Assembly: GCA_977017575.1 (NCBI GenBank)
Contig: CDRNVI010000021.1
Coordinates: 186,001 to 250,000, forward strand
DNA from: Paramoeba atlantica
Lineage: Eukaryota; Protista; Discosea
Reading direction: 5' to 3'
DNA length: 64,000 bases
Part shown: in pieces, positions 53,086 to 64,000 of the stretch
How the letters are laid out: each line of letters starts with the position of its first letter
How positions within the stretch are numbered: position 1 is the stretch's first letter
Program-made: the position numbers and the translations under genes
The notes under the pieces: model-generated
The model's database searches: none
Told to the model about the DNA's origin: nothing
What the model saw: the letters and a program-made list of their open reading frames with translations, nothing else

Positions 53086-53885
53086 CCGTGACCCCCCCCC
53101 TTAGTTATCTGTCATTTTTGGTCCAAAATCGGGTTTTTTTTGGATAAGTAGCGTACTTATCGAAAAAACTGCTCAAAGGGCTGACTTATACAAAAATCTC
53201 TGAGCTCGAAATTTAGTACTATTCTAGTAATCTGCTGGGGCCTCAAGTTTTTTTAACACCACACGCTGCAGCATCAGTGAGCATGAATATGCGAAACCCT
53301 TCGAAAAGTAAAGTATACTATGCTATACACCGCATGTGTTGTGATGAGTACACTGGAATAAGGTAAACAATGTTTGGTGGAATCTCCCCTTTTTTTCCCC
53401 CAATTTTTTTAAAACATAGGGCAACGAAACATAGGATAACACTAGACAACCGTTGTGAGAGGCACTCATCAGAGTCATCAACTCGAAAAAGTATCAGATT
53501 CGTTCTTCTGCGTCCATCGGAATGAGTTGCGTGCAACCGTTCACACGATTACATTAGCAAACCGACAGAACGCTGCCAGAATTTCTCCTTACCTTTTTTT
53601 GTAAGCTGATTGAAGTGATCGATTGTTCCAAAAAAATGAAACATCATCTGCTTCGTGACCAAATCCTCGTTACTGGGGGGGGTGCTTTTTGGGTGAGAAA
53701 AGACATTTTTTGTTCATGAGTGCGTTGATTTTCAGGGGGGTCTATTACTTGGGGGGTCTGCGGGAATTGATTTAATACCGGCATGTGGAGAAGCGAAAGA
53801 AGAGAGTATAAAGAAGAAAACAAGTCCGTTTTTTCTTCGATATTTTCGAACTCTTTTTACGTGAACACAAAAAAGTTGGATTAGT
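53086..53885 (-). mobile_element. Internally deleted copy of the pogo element at 1060-3149
   Basis: TA-CCGTGACCCCC...TTAGTTA terminus; blocks match 1065-1290, 2280-2500 and 2900-3065. Confidence 0.85.
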
Positions 53886-54049
53886 CAGAAACTTACAGTG
53901 CGCCCAGATAGTAAAGTTGTTTTAGTATTTACCACCAATTTTGGGTAACTACTAAAAAAATCTTATAGGCCAGCATAGCTAGGGGGGGGTAGGGGTGGCG
54001 ATCAACTCTTCCGACTGACTGAAAACGATTTTTAGAATCTTTGAACGAA

Positions 54050-54822
54050 TTCTAATTTATTAGAATCTTTCATTACGAAGGAACCGTTGCAAAGAATGTT
54101 AGCAACACCTTTAAAATCACATTTCGTGCAACAATATGAGCTTTGACTGCGAAGGGTATGATACATTGAGTGAATTAAATCTTATCATCGACGTATGGGA
54201 TGAACATTCCTTCCTAGAATGTATAAAAACTCTTCAGCGCTGTGCGAAGGTGAAAGGTGCAATCCCGCAATACAAGCATTCGTAATATTTCTGGACTACT
54301 AATGAGGAACGATAAAATGTTTTTGTAAGTTTAAGAATTTTTTTATACTCGTCGGGGAGAAATTTCATTGAAAAAAATATTTAGTACAAAAATATGCCCC
54401 TTTAAGTTAAAGGGGCATATTTGATGAAAATGCTGGTACGCCTAAGGCGCTTCGACCATTATTCAATATCTCAGAACAAGAGTGGGAGGAATGGGGATCT
54501 TGCGTTGACTTTCGCTGGAATCCAGAGATGCACGAAGACGAAAATGTTTGGTGGCTAGAAATGGGCAGCGAGATGTTTCCTGCTATAGTTCGAGCTGCTA
54601 TGCATTACATTTGGACGCCACCTCTGGTTACCAAGTGTGACAGTTGGCTTTCGATTCTATCGTAGTTGTATAATTCTAGGCAAACTCGCACGTCGCCCCA
54701 AGTGGTGGCCAACCGGATATTCATTCGCGGCAACCAGGAGAAGCTTGAATATTTGATACCGGGAGGTGATGAAGAAAGTGATACGGATGAGTCAGTTGAC
54801 ATTACAGACAACGAAGGTTGAG
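54050..54822 (+). pseudogene. Second hAT transposase relic (dimerization domain)
   Basis: WWLEMGSEMFPAIVRAAMHYIWTPPLVTKCDSWLSILS*LYNSRQ...IFIRGN aligns with 11830-12000. Confidence 0.7.
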
Positions 54823-55562
54823 CATAACGCTGTGTGTAACATATGAATTGCAAATTCTACATCTATTCTACATCTACACGTATATCGAATAAAATTTACC
54901 AATCATCGAGGTTATGTTTTTCCCCGACTATAATCTTTTTTTCAAAAACAATGTTTTTCAAAAGCATATTTCCAGTTCAGCTTTTACCTTGGGTTTTTTT
55001 TCCATCGTTACATATCGTAGGCCTTGTTTTTCCCCTTCGTTAGCGTAATTTATCTAATTTTGTTTACATATGGTTTCTGCTCTGAGCATTAGTTTACGAG
55101 AAATACATGTATATGAGACAATACGGTATGGTTCTTACGTCATTATGGATAGTTTATTTTATTATACGAATGTACGAATGTTTTATCGTTATGATTCCTA
55201 CCTCCAACCATTCAAAATATTCAACAAATTGGCACACCTTGTGCAAATATTTTTCTTTCTGCACAATACTATACATCGTCGTACCCTCTTTATCACTATA
55301 CCACTTTCCTGACTTCCGCTTTAGATTTCTACGAACTTTAAATTAAATTTCAGATGAGTGCTATGTAGATCGACATAATTTTAGAGAAAATATCCTCTTG
55401 CATCCAACCGGGTCCCAAATGGCTTCCAATGCTCTTGAGGGCCTTTAAAGTACCTGAGTTCTCCTCCTTGGTTGATGAAATAGAAAGTCTTAGAAATAGT
55501 AAGTTCTCCTCCTTGGTAAAAAATGACGGTTGAGGGAAGTGTAAGTTTCTTGGATGGAAGTA

Positions 55563-56678
55563 CAAGGGGGTAAATCAGATGCTGCGGGGGGTCTAAAAAT
55601 TGCAAAACCTTTCCAATTTTGGAAAATGATAGCGTATTCGAGAGCTCTCGAAGAGTTCTATGTTTTAGAAAAGGCAGTTTCCCGGGGTATAGGGGGGTGT
55701 TCAACTGACAAGAAGCCCAAAAACGTCAAAATGCAAAAATTGTGAGAAAGGTTTTAGACGACTAATAATTACAACTTTCTCCTTTTTTTTCTACTACTAT
55801 GTCGAAACGCCGCGGCATGCTGTTTAAAGTGTTAATGAGCATGTCATGACCATCTGTTTTAATGTAATCAACCGCTCTTTCAATAGAAAACAAGAGTTCA
55901 GTCCTATTTTCTGGATTTGTACCATTTTTAATAAAGGCATCCATAATTTCCCAAATGTTTTCAATGGGGTTAAGATCTGGGGATTTTGGGGGAAAGTCCA
56001 AAACGACGACTTCGTTTTCTTTAAAGGTTCTAAAACTGCCATTGTGGCAAGGAGCATTATCCATAGCAACCCGGGCCCCGCTATGACGCTTTAAGAAACT
56101 TAAAAAAAACCCTCTTTTTGTCATCGCGCATTTAAAAACATCTGAAGTGATCGTAATTTTCCCATTACTGTCCCTGTTTGGAAAAACATGATAAAAAATT
56201 CCATAAATAAAGCTTATACCCATCCAAACGTTCACTCCATCCCCCCCAAACCACTTTTGCGAAGCTTTTAGAGGTGGTTTCGGGGGGTCACTTGCTCTGC
56301 AAATGTACGAGCTGCTTTCCTGTCCAAGCTGGCAAGTGAATTTTTTTCCTATGTGAATATTTGGTGTGCCCAGGGGAGGAGTACGCCCTATCGGAGAGAG
56401 ATCCTTTGTTCTGCATAGAACGGGATCGCTTTCGCGGCATAAAACTGAGACGAAATGGAGAAAAAGCGAAAAAATGAGCAAATTTGGGAAAAACTGCAAA
56501 TTTTAGAGGGGCAAAAAAACTTTAAAAAAAATGCCATAAACAAAATTGCTTTCTTTTGGGGTGAAAATAGCGCAAAAACATAGAACTCTGCGAGAGCTCT
56601 CGAATGCGCTATCATTTTCCAAAATTTGAAGGGTTTTGCAATTTTTAGACCCCCCGCAGCATCTGATTTACCCCCCTG
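55563..56678 (-). mobile_element. Internally deleted Tc1-like element with ~135-bp TIRs; DDE remnant about 55762-56300
   Basis: TA flanks; KWFGGDGVNVWMG, DNAPCH, FPPKSPDLNPIENIW. Confidence 0.9.
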
Positions 56679-56888
56679 TATAAGGGGAGTCCTGATTCAT
56701 TGTCTGGAATGAAAATGTATAAAGGTATAAAGGGAGGAATGAAAATGTATATAGGTATAAAGGGAGGGATCACCCTCTGAAATAAAAGGGGGTGACAGTA
56801 CTATTCAAATTCTTCCGATATGGCAATGATATTTTTCTAGCTCCCGTATTTTGTGCTGCGGGTAACACCGAGTACCATGCGTACGGTA

Positions 56889-56956
56889 CGCGAGTACGGT
56901 ACTCGGGTACTCAAGGCCCTAGGTGCTCATTTGAGTACCTGAGTACCGTACTCGCG
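56889..56956. repeat. GTAC-rich inverted repeat (26-bp arms, 16-nt loop)
   Basis: CGCGAGTACGGTACTCGGGTACTCAA / TTGAGTACCTGAGTACCGTACTCGCG, one G.T pair. Confidence 0.85.
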
Positions 56957-57153
56957 AATGTATGTTTAACCATATTTTACGATGTAAGAAATTTTTAAAG
57001 CGGGGATGTTCAAAAGCGCGTGAGACATCGTAACATTCCCCCCGGAATCAGACTACAGGAATGTTAAACCGGACTGTGGTCTAAAACTAACTTCACATAC
57101 AACCTCAGTACATTTTGCAGAAAAATATATATATTTTTTATCTTGTATTCAGA

Positions 57154-57831
57154 ATGCGCACGCTGTTGATCTTTGGATTGCGCGGTACACTTCTGGAAAG
57201 ACTTCCCGTGAGTGAAACACCTACCTCACTAAGCCGACTTCCATCGTTCACATTTGCACGATACAATGTATGGCTGCGTCCAGGAGCGCGTGAAATGCTC
57301 AATAAATTACAAGAACTAGCAGATGTGGCCATATGGTCTGCCGCTGCAGCACGAAACACGGTGCCCGTCGTGAAGGAGGCATTTCCAGACACTAATTTTC
57401 AGTTTGTGTGGCATCGCGATCACACAGAGGCAGATAAGATTCGAAGACAACTACGCGGTGCATCGGATGAGAGAGTCGATGCGCATAGTGTAATAAAAGA
57501 CCTGGGGCGTGTATACCACGAATTTCCGGGCCGCAGCGCTGCCCATACCGTAGTGGTAGACGACACCATTTTTAAGGGTCGAGGACAAAGTGAGAACGTG
57601 CTATTGGTGCCTTCCTACAGTCTTTTTGAAGTCATGTGCGAATCCGCTACGTATTCCACTTCATGTGAGAAGGACGTCGGCATGCCTCACGTCGTGCAAG
57701 AGGAAAACATCGAACAGATTCCCAACCATGATTTTGACGGGTTGTTTGAGACGCTAAAGAACGACATTTTAAGTGCTTCGGATGTCAGAAAGATCCTCCC
57801 CATGAAAACATTTCTTAGCGAAGTCAAGTGA
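57154..57831 (+). CDS. NIF/FCP1-like HAD-family protein with a degenerate DxDxT motif
   Basis: LLIFGLRGTL, WLRPGAREML, VAIWSA, KDLGRV, VVVDD...ENVLLV. An AG (possible splice acceptor) lies just before ATG 57154. Confidence 0.85.
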   Translation: MRTLLIFGLRGTLLERLPVSETPTSLSRLPSFTFARYNVWLRPGAREMLNKLQELADVAIWSAAAARNTVPVVKEAFPDTNFQFVWHRDHTEADKIRRQLRGASDERVDAHSVIKDLGRVYHEFPGRSAAHTVVVDDTIFKGRGQSENVLLVPSYSLFEVMCESATYSTSCEKDVGMPHVVQEENIEQIPNHDFDGLFETLKNDILSASDVRKILPMKTFLSEVK

Positions 57832-58818
57832 ATCGGTGGGCTTAGCAACATGTCAAGTGGGCTTATACAATCTTTCACCATGAGGAATGTTATCACTTGC
57901 CTACATGAAACGCACTGTGAAGCATATTTCACATAATGTACATTAGGTACGTTCAAATTACGAAACATTAATTAAGAGACACATTAAATAAAGGAATGCC
58001 AATTAAGGGAACACGGATTTCTTTTTTAGGCTCTTCGTTAAACGCGGTGGTTGTTTTCAACTTCGAAGTCACTCATGCTGCGCGCTTCGCGTTGAAAACT
58101 ACCGCCGCGTTTAACGAAAGGCCTAAAAATGAAAAATCGGCAAAAGATAGATGGGGATTAGATGAATAATCTATTTTTTTGGGTGAAAAAGCTGGATTTT
58201 TCAGCGAAAATTGCGAAATTTCAACTCGAATTTGGGCCGTTTTTGATGCCTTACCAGTAGGGGCAGGAGGCGAATCTGTCGAAAAAAACGTTGCAGAATG
58301 GTAGCTGAGGTCCAAAACTTAAAATACGTTTTAGGAGTCGATTTGGAAAAATAATATTTTTACTTTTTTTTTGCGTCAAATTCGTTGTTTGGTCACCCCA
58401 AAAATTTCGGAAATTTTGACCTTGTCGGACCCCTCCTGCGCGTACCAGGGGGGTACCCCCAGATGGGGGGGGGGTGGAAAGTCATCGCCGCGGCCTACTC
58501 TACCACTTCCCTGCGCTCGATTTTGAAAAGCAAAAAATTCGAAAAAAAAATTCGCGACGTATGCCCCCCCTCATGGACCCCCCCCTGGACCCCCCCTGGA
58601 CCCCCCCCTGGACCCCCCCTGGACCACCCCCTGGACCCCCCATTTTTTTCAATTTTATTTTAATTTTGGACCACCGGAGCCTCCTTTTATATTTTTTTCT
58701 TCTATTATATTACTGTGTTTCTATTTGTATTTTCACTGTTTTTGTTCACTTTTTTTCAATAATCGAGGGTAGAGCAGTAGTTATACAACGACCGGAATCA
58801 TTATTAATGAAAGGGGGT

Positions 58819-58955
58819 GTACTAAATTTCGAGCTCAGAATTTTTTGGATAAGTCAGCCCTTTGAGCAGTTTTTTCGATAAGTACGCCACTTATCCAAAA
58901 AAACACGATTTTGGACCAAAAATGAGAGATACATGTAACTAAGAGGGAGTCATGG
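58819..58955 (+). mobile_element. Solo pogo 3' terminus, inverted relative to 53086
   Basis: Reverse complement of 53086-53220; ends GGGAGTCATGG-TA. Confidence 0.75.
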
Positions 58956-59203
58956 TAATGTGCCCCCCGGTTTACGAATTTTGACCTCCATATTTTCGTG
59001 CCCACCCCTGTATAGCGACACTGTATAATGTCGTTTGGTCAAAATCCGCAGCACTATGTAGGGGGGGCACTGTAAATATGGTGAGCTACTTTTCATGTTT
59101 TTCTCTCAGAAACCTTTAGAAATATTTTCAGTGTTTATCATTCATTTTCTAGCAAAACAGATTTTTAGTTGTCTAATAGGTTTTTGCTCTAATAGATTTC
59201 TTT

Positions 59204-61672
59204 ATGAAAACCAAAGAAAAAGAGGACACTTGTGCTACCGAATACGTGGGTTTCTCAAACACACACGCTACCGGATCAGAGGGGGAATCCTCTCTTCAGG
59301 TTGAAGGACTAATTCCCCAATCACTTGAGCTATCTGCAGCAGGAGAATATGCTATGTGTTGTTCTTCATCGAAAAAAGTCCAGATTCACGAGATTATTCT
59401 AGCATATTATTTTCAACTGCAGCGTGGGTGTGGAAAAGTAGAATGTGTGAATCATTTGTGTCGAAGCAGCCCGCTGTACGAAGCAGCTTTGCGTACACTT
59501 TCCGCCGAGGAATTGTTTAGCAAGAGTGTACAACTTGCCAAACGCACTTTTCAATCAAGCAATATAGACTCTTTTTTCTTCTGTGACAATGTGGCACATC
59601 CGCTTCATTGTTTTCGTATCGATGTATGGAGCTCCGAAAAATTGTATCAAAGTGCACAAGAAGGGACTGAGGCGTTAAGCGAAGTCTTGAGAAGGGGAAT
59701 TTCAAGTCTGGAGCACTTGCTATTCTCCTTTCCGCTTTGCACAAAGTCTACTTATGTGCGAGAAAGTGAGCGAATGCGCGCCTTCGGTGTTCCTGAAGAA
59801 GATCAATTGGGAATTGAGTTTTCTAGTATGGGGGATGCGCTGAAACTCACGCGCAGCGTTTCGTCTTCAAAATGGCTTCCGAACTTAAAGGAAACTATAT
59901 CACAGCTGACATCCTTCATGTTGAATCCAATGTACACAATGGAGCCCGTACAATTTCACGCCGGACTTTACCTTACGGGGGTAAGTCTGGCTGTGCGTGC
60001 AATACTTGTTCTTTTTCACATTCCTGCGCTTTTTGACCCTACTCATGAGTATAATTCTTGCCTGCATAGCCTATGCAGCGCAATTGAAGATACGGAGGCG
60101 ATTCACTACATGCTGAAAGTACAATTCGCTTTGCTGCCCCAGGAAAATTTTTATTCACTGGTTATGAATTTGCAGCAGTACATTAGCGTATCTCTCTATA
60201 ATAACATTGTGTTAATAAGCGAAGTAATAGCGAGCGCGACGTTCGTTCTGGCGCTGTTATATAAGGCGAATTATTTGCTACCTTCGCATTCGACTCATGG
60301 CAAAATTTCTTATGAAGCTTTTTATAACGGAGCCGTCAATGACGTTATAGATGTAAGAAAAGACTTTCTAGCGTATGCGAACAGTCGACAACGAAGTACA
60401 GGGGAAATGACACTACGTGGGAAAATTTTCACTTTTGCCGAACACCCTTTTTTGCTAGATCTGTCTTATAAATCTCTACTACTTCATTATCACTCCCGTA
60501 TTGAACAGCAGCACGAGGTACAGAATACGATTCATTCCTTAATGGCTATCCATATGCTTGGGGGAACTGTAGATACCATTACCCAAGACGACTTTGCGCT
60601 TAAGATTGTTGTGGACAGAGAGGAGCTCTTAAAAACGACATTACAGGAACTATCCTCAAAGTCCGATAAGTACAAAAAACCGCTTCGAGTACATTTTAAG
60701 GGCGAAGAAGGTATTGACGAGGGAGGAGTAAGGAAAGAGTTTTTTCAACTTCTTATTAAACAAATTTTTGATCCCGAATTTGGTATGTTTGAAGAGACTT
60801 CTAATCACTATCAATGGTTTCGTCCACACATTCTCTGCGGAGAGCGGGACGAAGAGTTTGAATTTGTGGGACTTCTTTTCGGATTGGCGATTTATAACTC
60901 CATTATCCTGGACGTACAGTTTCCGCTTATCATATATCAAATGCTATTAGGGCATAAACCGGATACCAGTCTTGACACCCTGAAAAGAGTCGATCCAGAA
61001 CTCTCTGCTGGGTTGCAAACCTTGTTAGATTTCGAGGAAAATGAGGCGTGTGGGGACACTGTTCAGAACACTTTTTGTCGAACATTCTCGGAGTCCTACA
61101 CCACAAGTTCCGGAGAAATGGTTGAGGTGGAGCTTGTGAATGAGGGAAACAAAACTTCACTAACTAAAGAAAATCGCGCTGAGTATGTTGACGCGTACTT
61201 GAAGTATCGACTCTCTTTGGAGCACCAACCACACTTTAAACTTTTTTGCAAAGGATTTCTTAGTGTCTGTCAGAATCCTATGCTACCACAGATCCGCCCT
61301 GAAGAACTCGAGGTCCTTATCATAGGTTCGCCTGATCTTGATTTTGCTGTTTTACAACGGAATTGCAAATACGATGGATACAAAAAGAGTGACCCGACTA
61401 TTGTTTCCTTTTGGGAAATTGTTCTGCACGATATGACGAATGAGGATCAGCGCAAATTGTTGAAGTTTTGCACTGGCTCTGATCGAGTACCTATTGGAGG
61501 GCTCGGTAGTATATTGTTTGTCATTGGGAAAAACGGAGGAGACTCTGAGTTACTTCCCACAAGTCACACTTGCTTTAATCATTTGTTACTTCCTTCCTAC
61601 AGAACAAAAAATAAACTCCGCGAAAAACTTATGCAGGCCATTAATAATTGTCAAGGTTTCGGTCTCATGTAA
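59204..61672 (+). CDS. UBE3A: HECT E3 ubiquitin ligase with N-terminal AZUL zinc domain (UBE3A/E6AP-like)
   Basis: YYFQLQRGCGKVECVNHLCRSSP; F.GEEGIDEGGVRKEFF; catalytic LPTSHTCFN; intronless, 822 aa. Confidence 0.9.
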   Translation: MKTKEKEDTCATEYVGFSNTHATGSEGESSLQVEGLIPQSLELSAAGEYAMCCSSSKKVQIHEIILAYYFQLQRGCGKVECVNHLCRSSPLYEAALRTLSAEELFSKSVQLAKRTFQSSNIDSFFFCDNVAHPLHCFRIDVWSSEKLYQSAQEGTEALSEVLRRGISSLEHLLFSFPLCTKSTYVRESERMRAFGVPEEDQLGIEFSSMGDALKLTRSVSSSKWLPNLKETISQLTSFMLNPMYTMEPVQFHAGLYLTGVSLAVRAILVLFHIPALFDPTHEYNSCLHSLCSAIEDTEAIHYMLKVQFALLPQENFYSLVMNLQQYISVSLYNNIVLISEVIASATFVLALLYKANYLLPSHSTHGKISYEAFYNGAVNDVIDVRKDFLAYANSRQRSTGEMTLRGKIFTFAEHPFLLDLSYKSLLLHYHSRIEQQHEVQNTIHSLMAIHMLGGTVDTITQDDFALKIVVDREELLKTTLQELSSKSDKYKKPLRVHFKGEEGIDEGGVRKEFFQLLIKQIFDPEFGMFEETSNHYQWFRPHILCGERDEEFEFVGLLFGLAIYNSIILDVQFPLIIYQMLLGHKPDTSLDTLKRVDPELSAGLQTLLDFEENEACGDTVQNTFCRTFSESYTTSSGEMVEVELVNEGNKTSLTKENRAEYVDAYLKYRLSLEHQPHFKLFCKGFLSVCQNPMLPQIRPEELEVLIIGSPDLDFAVLQRNCKYDGYKKSDPTIVSFWEIVLHDMTNEDQRKLLKFCTGSDRVPIGGLGSILFVIGKNGGDSELLPTSHTCFNHLLLPSYRTKNKLREKLMQAINNCQGFGLM

Positions 61673-61879
61673 GCTATAGAGTGCAGCTCAATCACAATGT
61701 ATTTCTTTATTATGTTTGCCAACATTGTTGCATAAATCATTTCGCTTTTAACGCGCATACGTGATTCAGTAAAACAGCTTGCAGTGCGCTAGAAGTTATG
61801 GCTCCGTATGAAGAGTTTTACGGTACTCGCAAAAATTAGGAAAACTTTTATTGTAAAATAATAGAAAAGTTTACTAATT

Positions 61880-62590
61880 AAAACATTACTAACTTTAATG
61901 CGGTGTCACGAGCTGGAGGTAACGGCAAAAGCCAACGTGTTAGCGGACAAATCCATACAAAAGTGTGCGTCAGAGCTGTTAGGAGGCTTTGAAGATCTGG
62001 AAAAGAATCCGTTTCACAGTACTCTCATGACGGGCGACCATTTGGGGGCGAAACCTTTGGGCAGCAAGCGGCAACTCTGTATTCTCGCACAGAAGCTGAG
62101 GTATTAGGGTGTATGGAAAGACAAGAATTGACAAGATATGAAGGGTCGAAGTCAGCAGTGCGTAAAGAAACCAACGAACTACATGACGTTCATTCACTTC
62201 AATTGATGGACAAGAGAACGCGCAATTGGACAGAGGCGCGTAGGAATCGGGGTGAGTACTTCATGCGCGACGCAGAATGGCAAACAGCCATGCGTATGCG
62301 GTACTTGATAGCTCCTATTTCGGACCCTTTCGCACAATTTGAGTGCGGAGACATCCTCTCAAACAAAGATTTTGTCGTACACGCCCTTGACTGTAGTAAG
62401 GTCAAAGGTGACACCGTGGCTATTCGCCACAAACTTGTTCGCCACAAAGAATACCTTCGCGCACTTGCTACGACAGTACGGATTCACTCCAGACAACCAT
62501 GAACCCCGATTCTCCGATGGTCGGGGCCCCGACGTCTGCTTTATGCTGGGAGGGAAGGTATGTCTGGTGGACGTAACCGTCATTCATGCT
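61880..62590 (+). pseudogene. CRE-type retrotransposon relic (knuckle + RLE)
   Basis: HALDC...RHKLV and GRGPDVCF...VDVTVIH in shifted frames. Confidence 0.7.
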
Positions 62591-62885
62591 GCGCGCTTCG
62601 CGTTGAAAACTACCTCCGCGTTTAACGAAGAGCCTAAAAAAGAAAAATCGCCAAAAGATCATGAATAATCTATTTCTTTGGATGAGAAAGCTCGATTTTT
62701 CGGCGAAAAATCATAATTTTTACCCCGAATTTGGGCCATTTTTGATAGAAGGCGAATCTGACGAAGAAAACGTCGTAGAATGGTGGCTGAGGTCCCAAAC
62801 TCTCAAAATACATTTTAGGAGTGGATAAATAATAGTTTTACTTTTTTTGGGTAAATTCCAGCTGACGACCTCCTACATGAAAGGA

Positions 62886-63013
62886 AAGCTGGTCACTCCT
62901 TCTGAGGGTGGCCAGCTGGCCACTTTTTCAGCGGGTGGCCAGCTGGCCACTTTTTCAGCGGGCGGTCAGCTGGCCACTTTTCCAGGGGATGGCCAGATGG
63001 CCACTTTTTCAGA
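62886..63013. repeat. 27-bp tandem repeat, about 4.5 units, containing the palindrome GTGGCCAGCTGGCCAC
   Basis: Unit GGTGGCCAGCTGGCCACTTTTTCAGCG. Confidence 0.85.
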
Positions 63014-63122
63014 AGCCTTCAGAAGCCACTTTTTAGAAGAAGATTTGCATCGTTTTGTCAATTGTTACCGCCATGACGCCCACGAATTTTGCTGAATGAT
63101 ACGACGAAACTGTTTTTGTACT

Positions 63123-63329
63123 ATCCAGGCATAAAGGGGCGAGAGAGACACGAAGCAACAGATGTAGCAGCTTCCCACTGAAAAGAAATCGTATCTCCCT
63201 GAACGAAGTTGACTCCAAGCTAGAAAGAGCATAGATAGGCATTTCTCGTGCAGGGAGATACGATTTCTTTTCAGTGGGAAGCGGCTACATCTGTTGCTTC
63301 GTATCTCCCTCGCCCCTTTATACCTGGAT
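63123..63329. repeat. Long fold-back (84-bp arms, 5 mismatches, ~39-nt loop)
   Basis: 63123-63206 is the reverse complement of 63246-63329. Confidence 0.9.
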
Positions 63330-63564
63330 TTTTCCTTTTCACTTTTTTAAGGGGACTGACCGCTCTTTAGCACATTTACATTTTGAACGTACATATTCTA
63401 TGTTTTTTATTATTCCACAAAACAAAGGGGAATAATAGCTGTACAGGGGGTTTATGTAGTGTCAGGGCATTCGACTTTCGTCGAATCGATGATGGGGCGT
63501 AGCGACCCCAGCTTCCCTAGCTAACTCACCCAGCGTCGTATAACAAGACACTACATACCTAGGG

Positions 63565-63965
63565 TGAGCCTCCTTCACCTCCTTGCGTCACCCCCGCCAC
63601 CCCCCTTTCGCCGCCCCCTTCGCCGGCCGATTTGCCCCGCCCCCCGCTTCACCCCCTGTCGCCACAACCTTCACCCCCTTTCGACCCCCCCTTCACCCTC
63701 CTCCGCCGCCCCCTACGTCCCCGTTCGCCACCCTCTCTGACGCCCCTCATTACCTCCGGGTCCCTCATTGCCGCCCTCCCCGTCGTCCCCCACCTCCACC
63801 GCTCCCCCCGCCGTTTTCCTCGCCGCCCCCCCCCGCCGCCGCTCTCCCCACCGCTCCCCCCGCCGCTCTACGCCCCCCTTCGCCGCCCCCATCATCGACT
63901 GCGCTGCCCTTTTCGCCCCCCTCTTTTGCAACACTCCTTGCGCCCCCTTCCACGACACTACCCGG
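63565..63965. repeat. C-rich low-complexity tract (G-rich on the minus strand)
   Basis: CCG/CCCC runs; the Pro- and Gly-rich ORFs here are compositional artefacts. Confidence 0.8.
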
Positions 63966-64000
63966 TGCCAACATAACGAGGCACTAAGAGGGTTGAAACA

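Noticed and set aside
21518-54660. Stop-codon reassignment (Blastocrithidia-like) to explain in-frame TAA/TGA/TAG in elements
   Set aside because: The 822-, 576- and 1328-aa ORFs have no internal stops and end on normal stops; the lesions are confined to decaying elements.
63583-63987. Pro-rich and Gly-rich ORFs
   Set aside because: Products of C/G low complexity, open in several frames.

Overview
Eukaryotic, transposon-dense DNA, most likely from a euglenozoan (kinetoplastid-like) protist. The long ORFs have no introns, and there are six copies of a spliced-leader (SL)-like sequence, [AAT]CTTTAACGATAAAGATACAGTTTCTGTACCTTGTTG, carrying the euglenozoan core ACAGTTTCTGTAC...TTG. Host genes are few: a UBE3A-like AZUL+HECT E3 ligase (59204-61672), an NIF/FCP1-like HAD protein (57154-57831) and an unassigned 576-aa ORF (51174-52904). 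The centre is a ~28-kb nest (13768-41850) bounded by an ATATATTG direct repeat, which splits one Tc1-like relic into two halves that rejoin cleanly. Read 5'->3' on the minus strand, the nest contains: (1) a complete twister ribozyme (41712-41817); (2) a head-to-tail train of five SL-headed, poly(A)-tailed units: three CRE/SLACS-type RT+RLE elements (one intact 1328-aa ORF; one with ORF1 and two 2A-like NPGP motifs) and two RT-less passengers; (3) a ~700-bp higher-order satellite; (4) a HERO/NeSL-like RLE retrotransposon with five Cys/His repeats; (5) a gag-YR-RT/RNaseH (VIPER/TATE order) tyrosine-recombinase retroelement with ~119-bp inverted termini. The flanks are mosaics of Tc1/mariner, pogo and hAT relics and TA-flanked MITEs. 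No rRNA, tRNA or CRISPR was found. Everything was read by eye; coordinates may be off by a few bases and no database searches were run.
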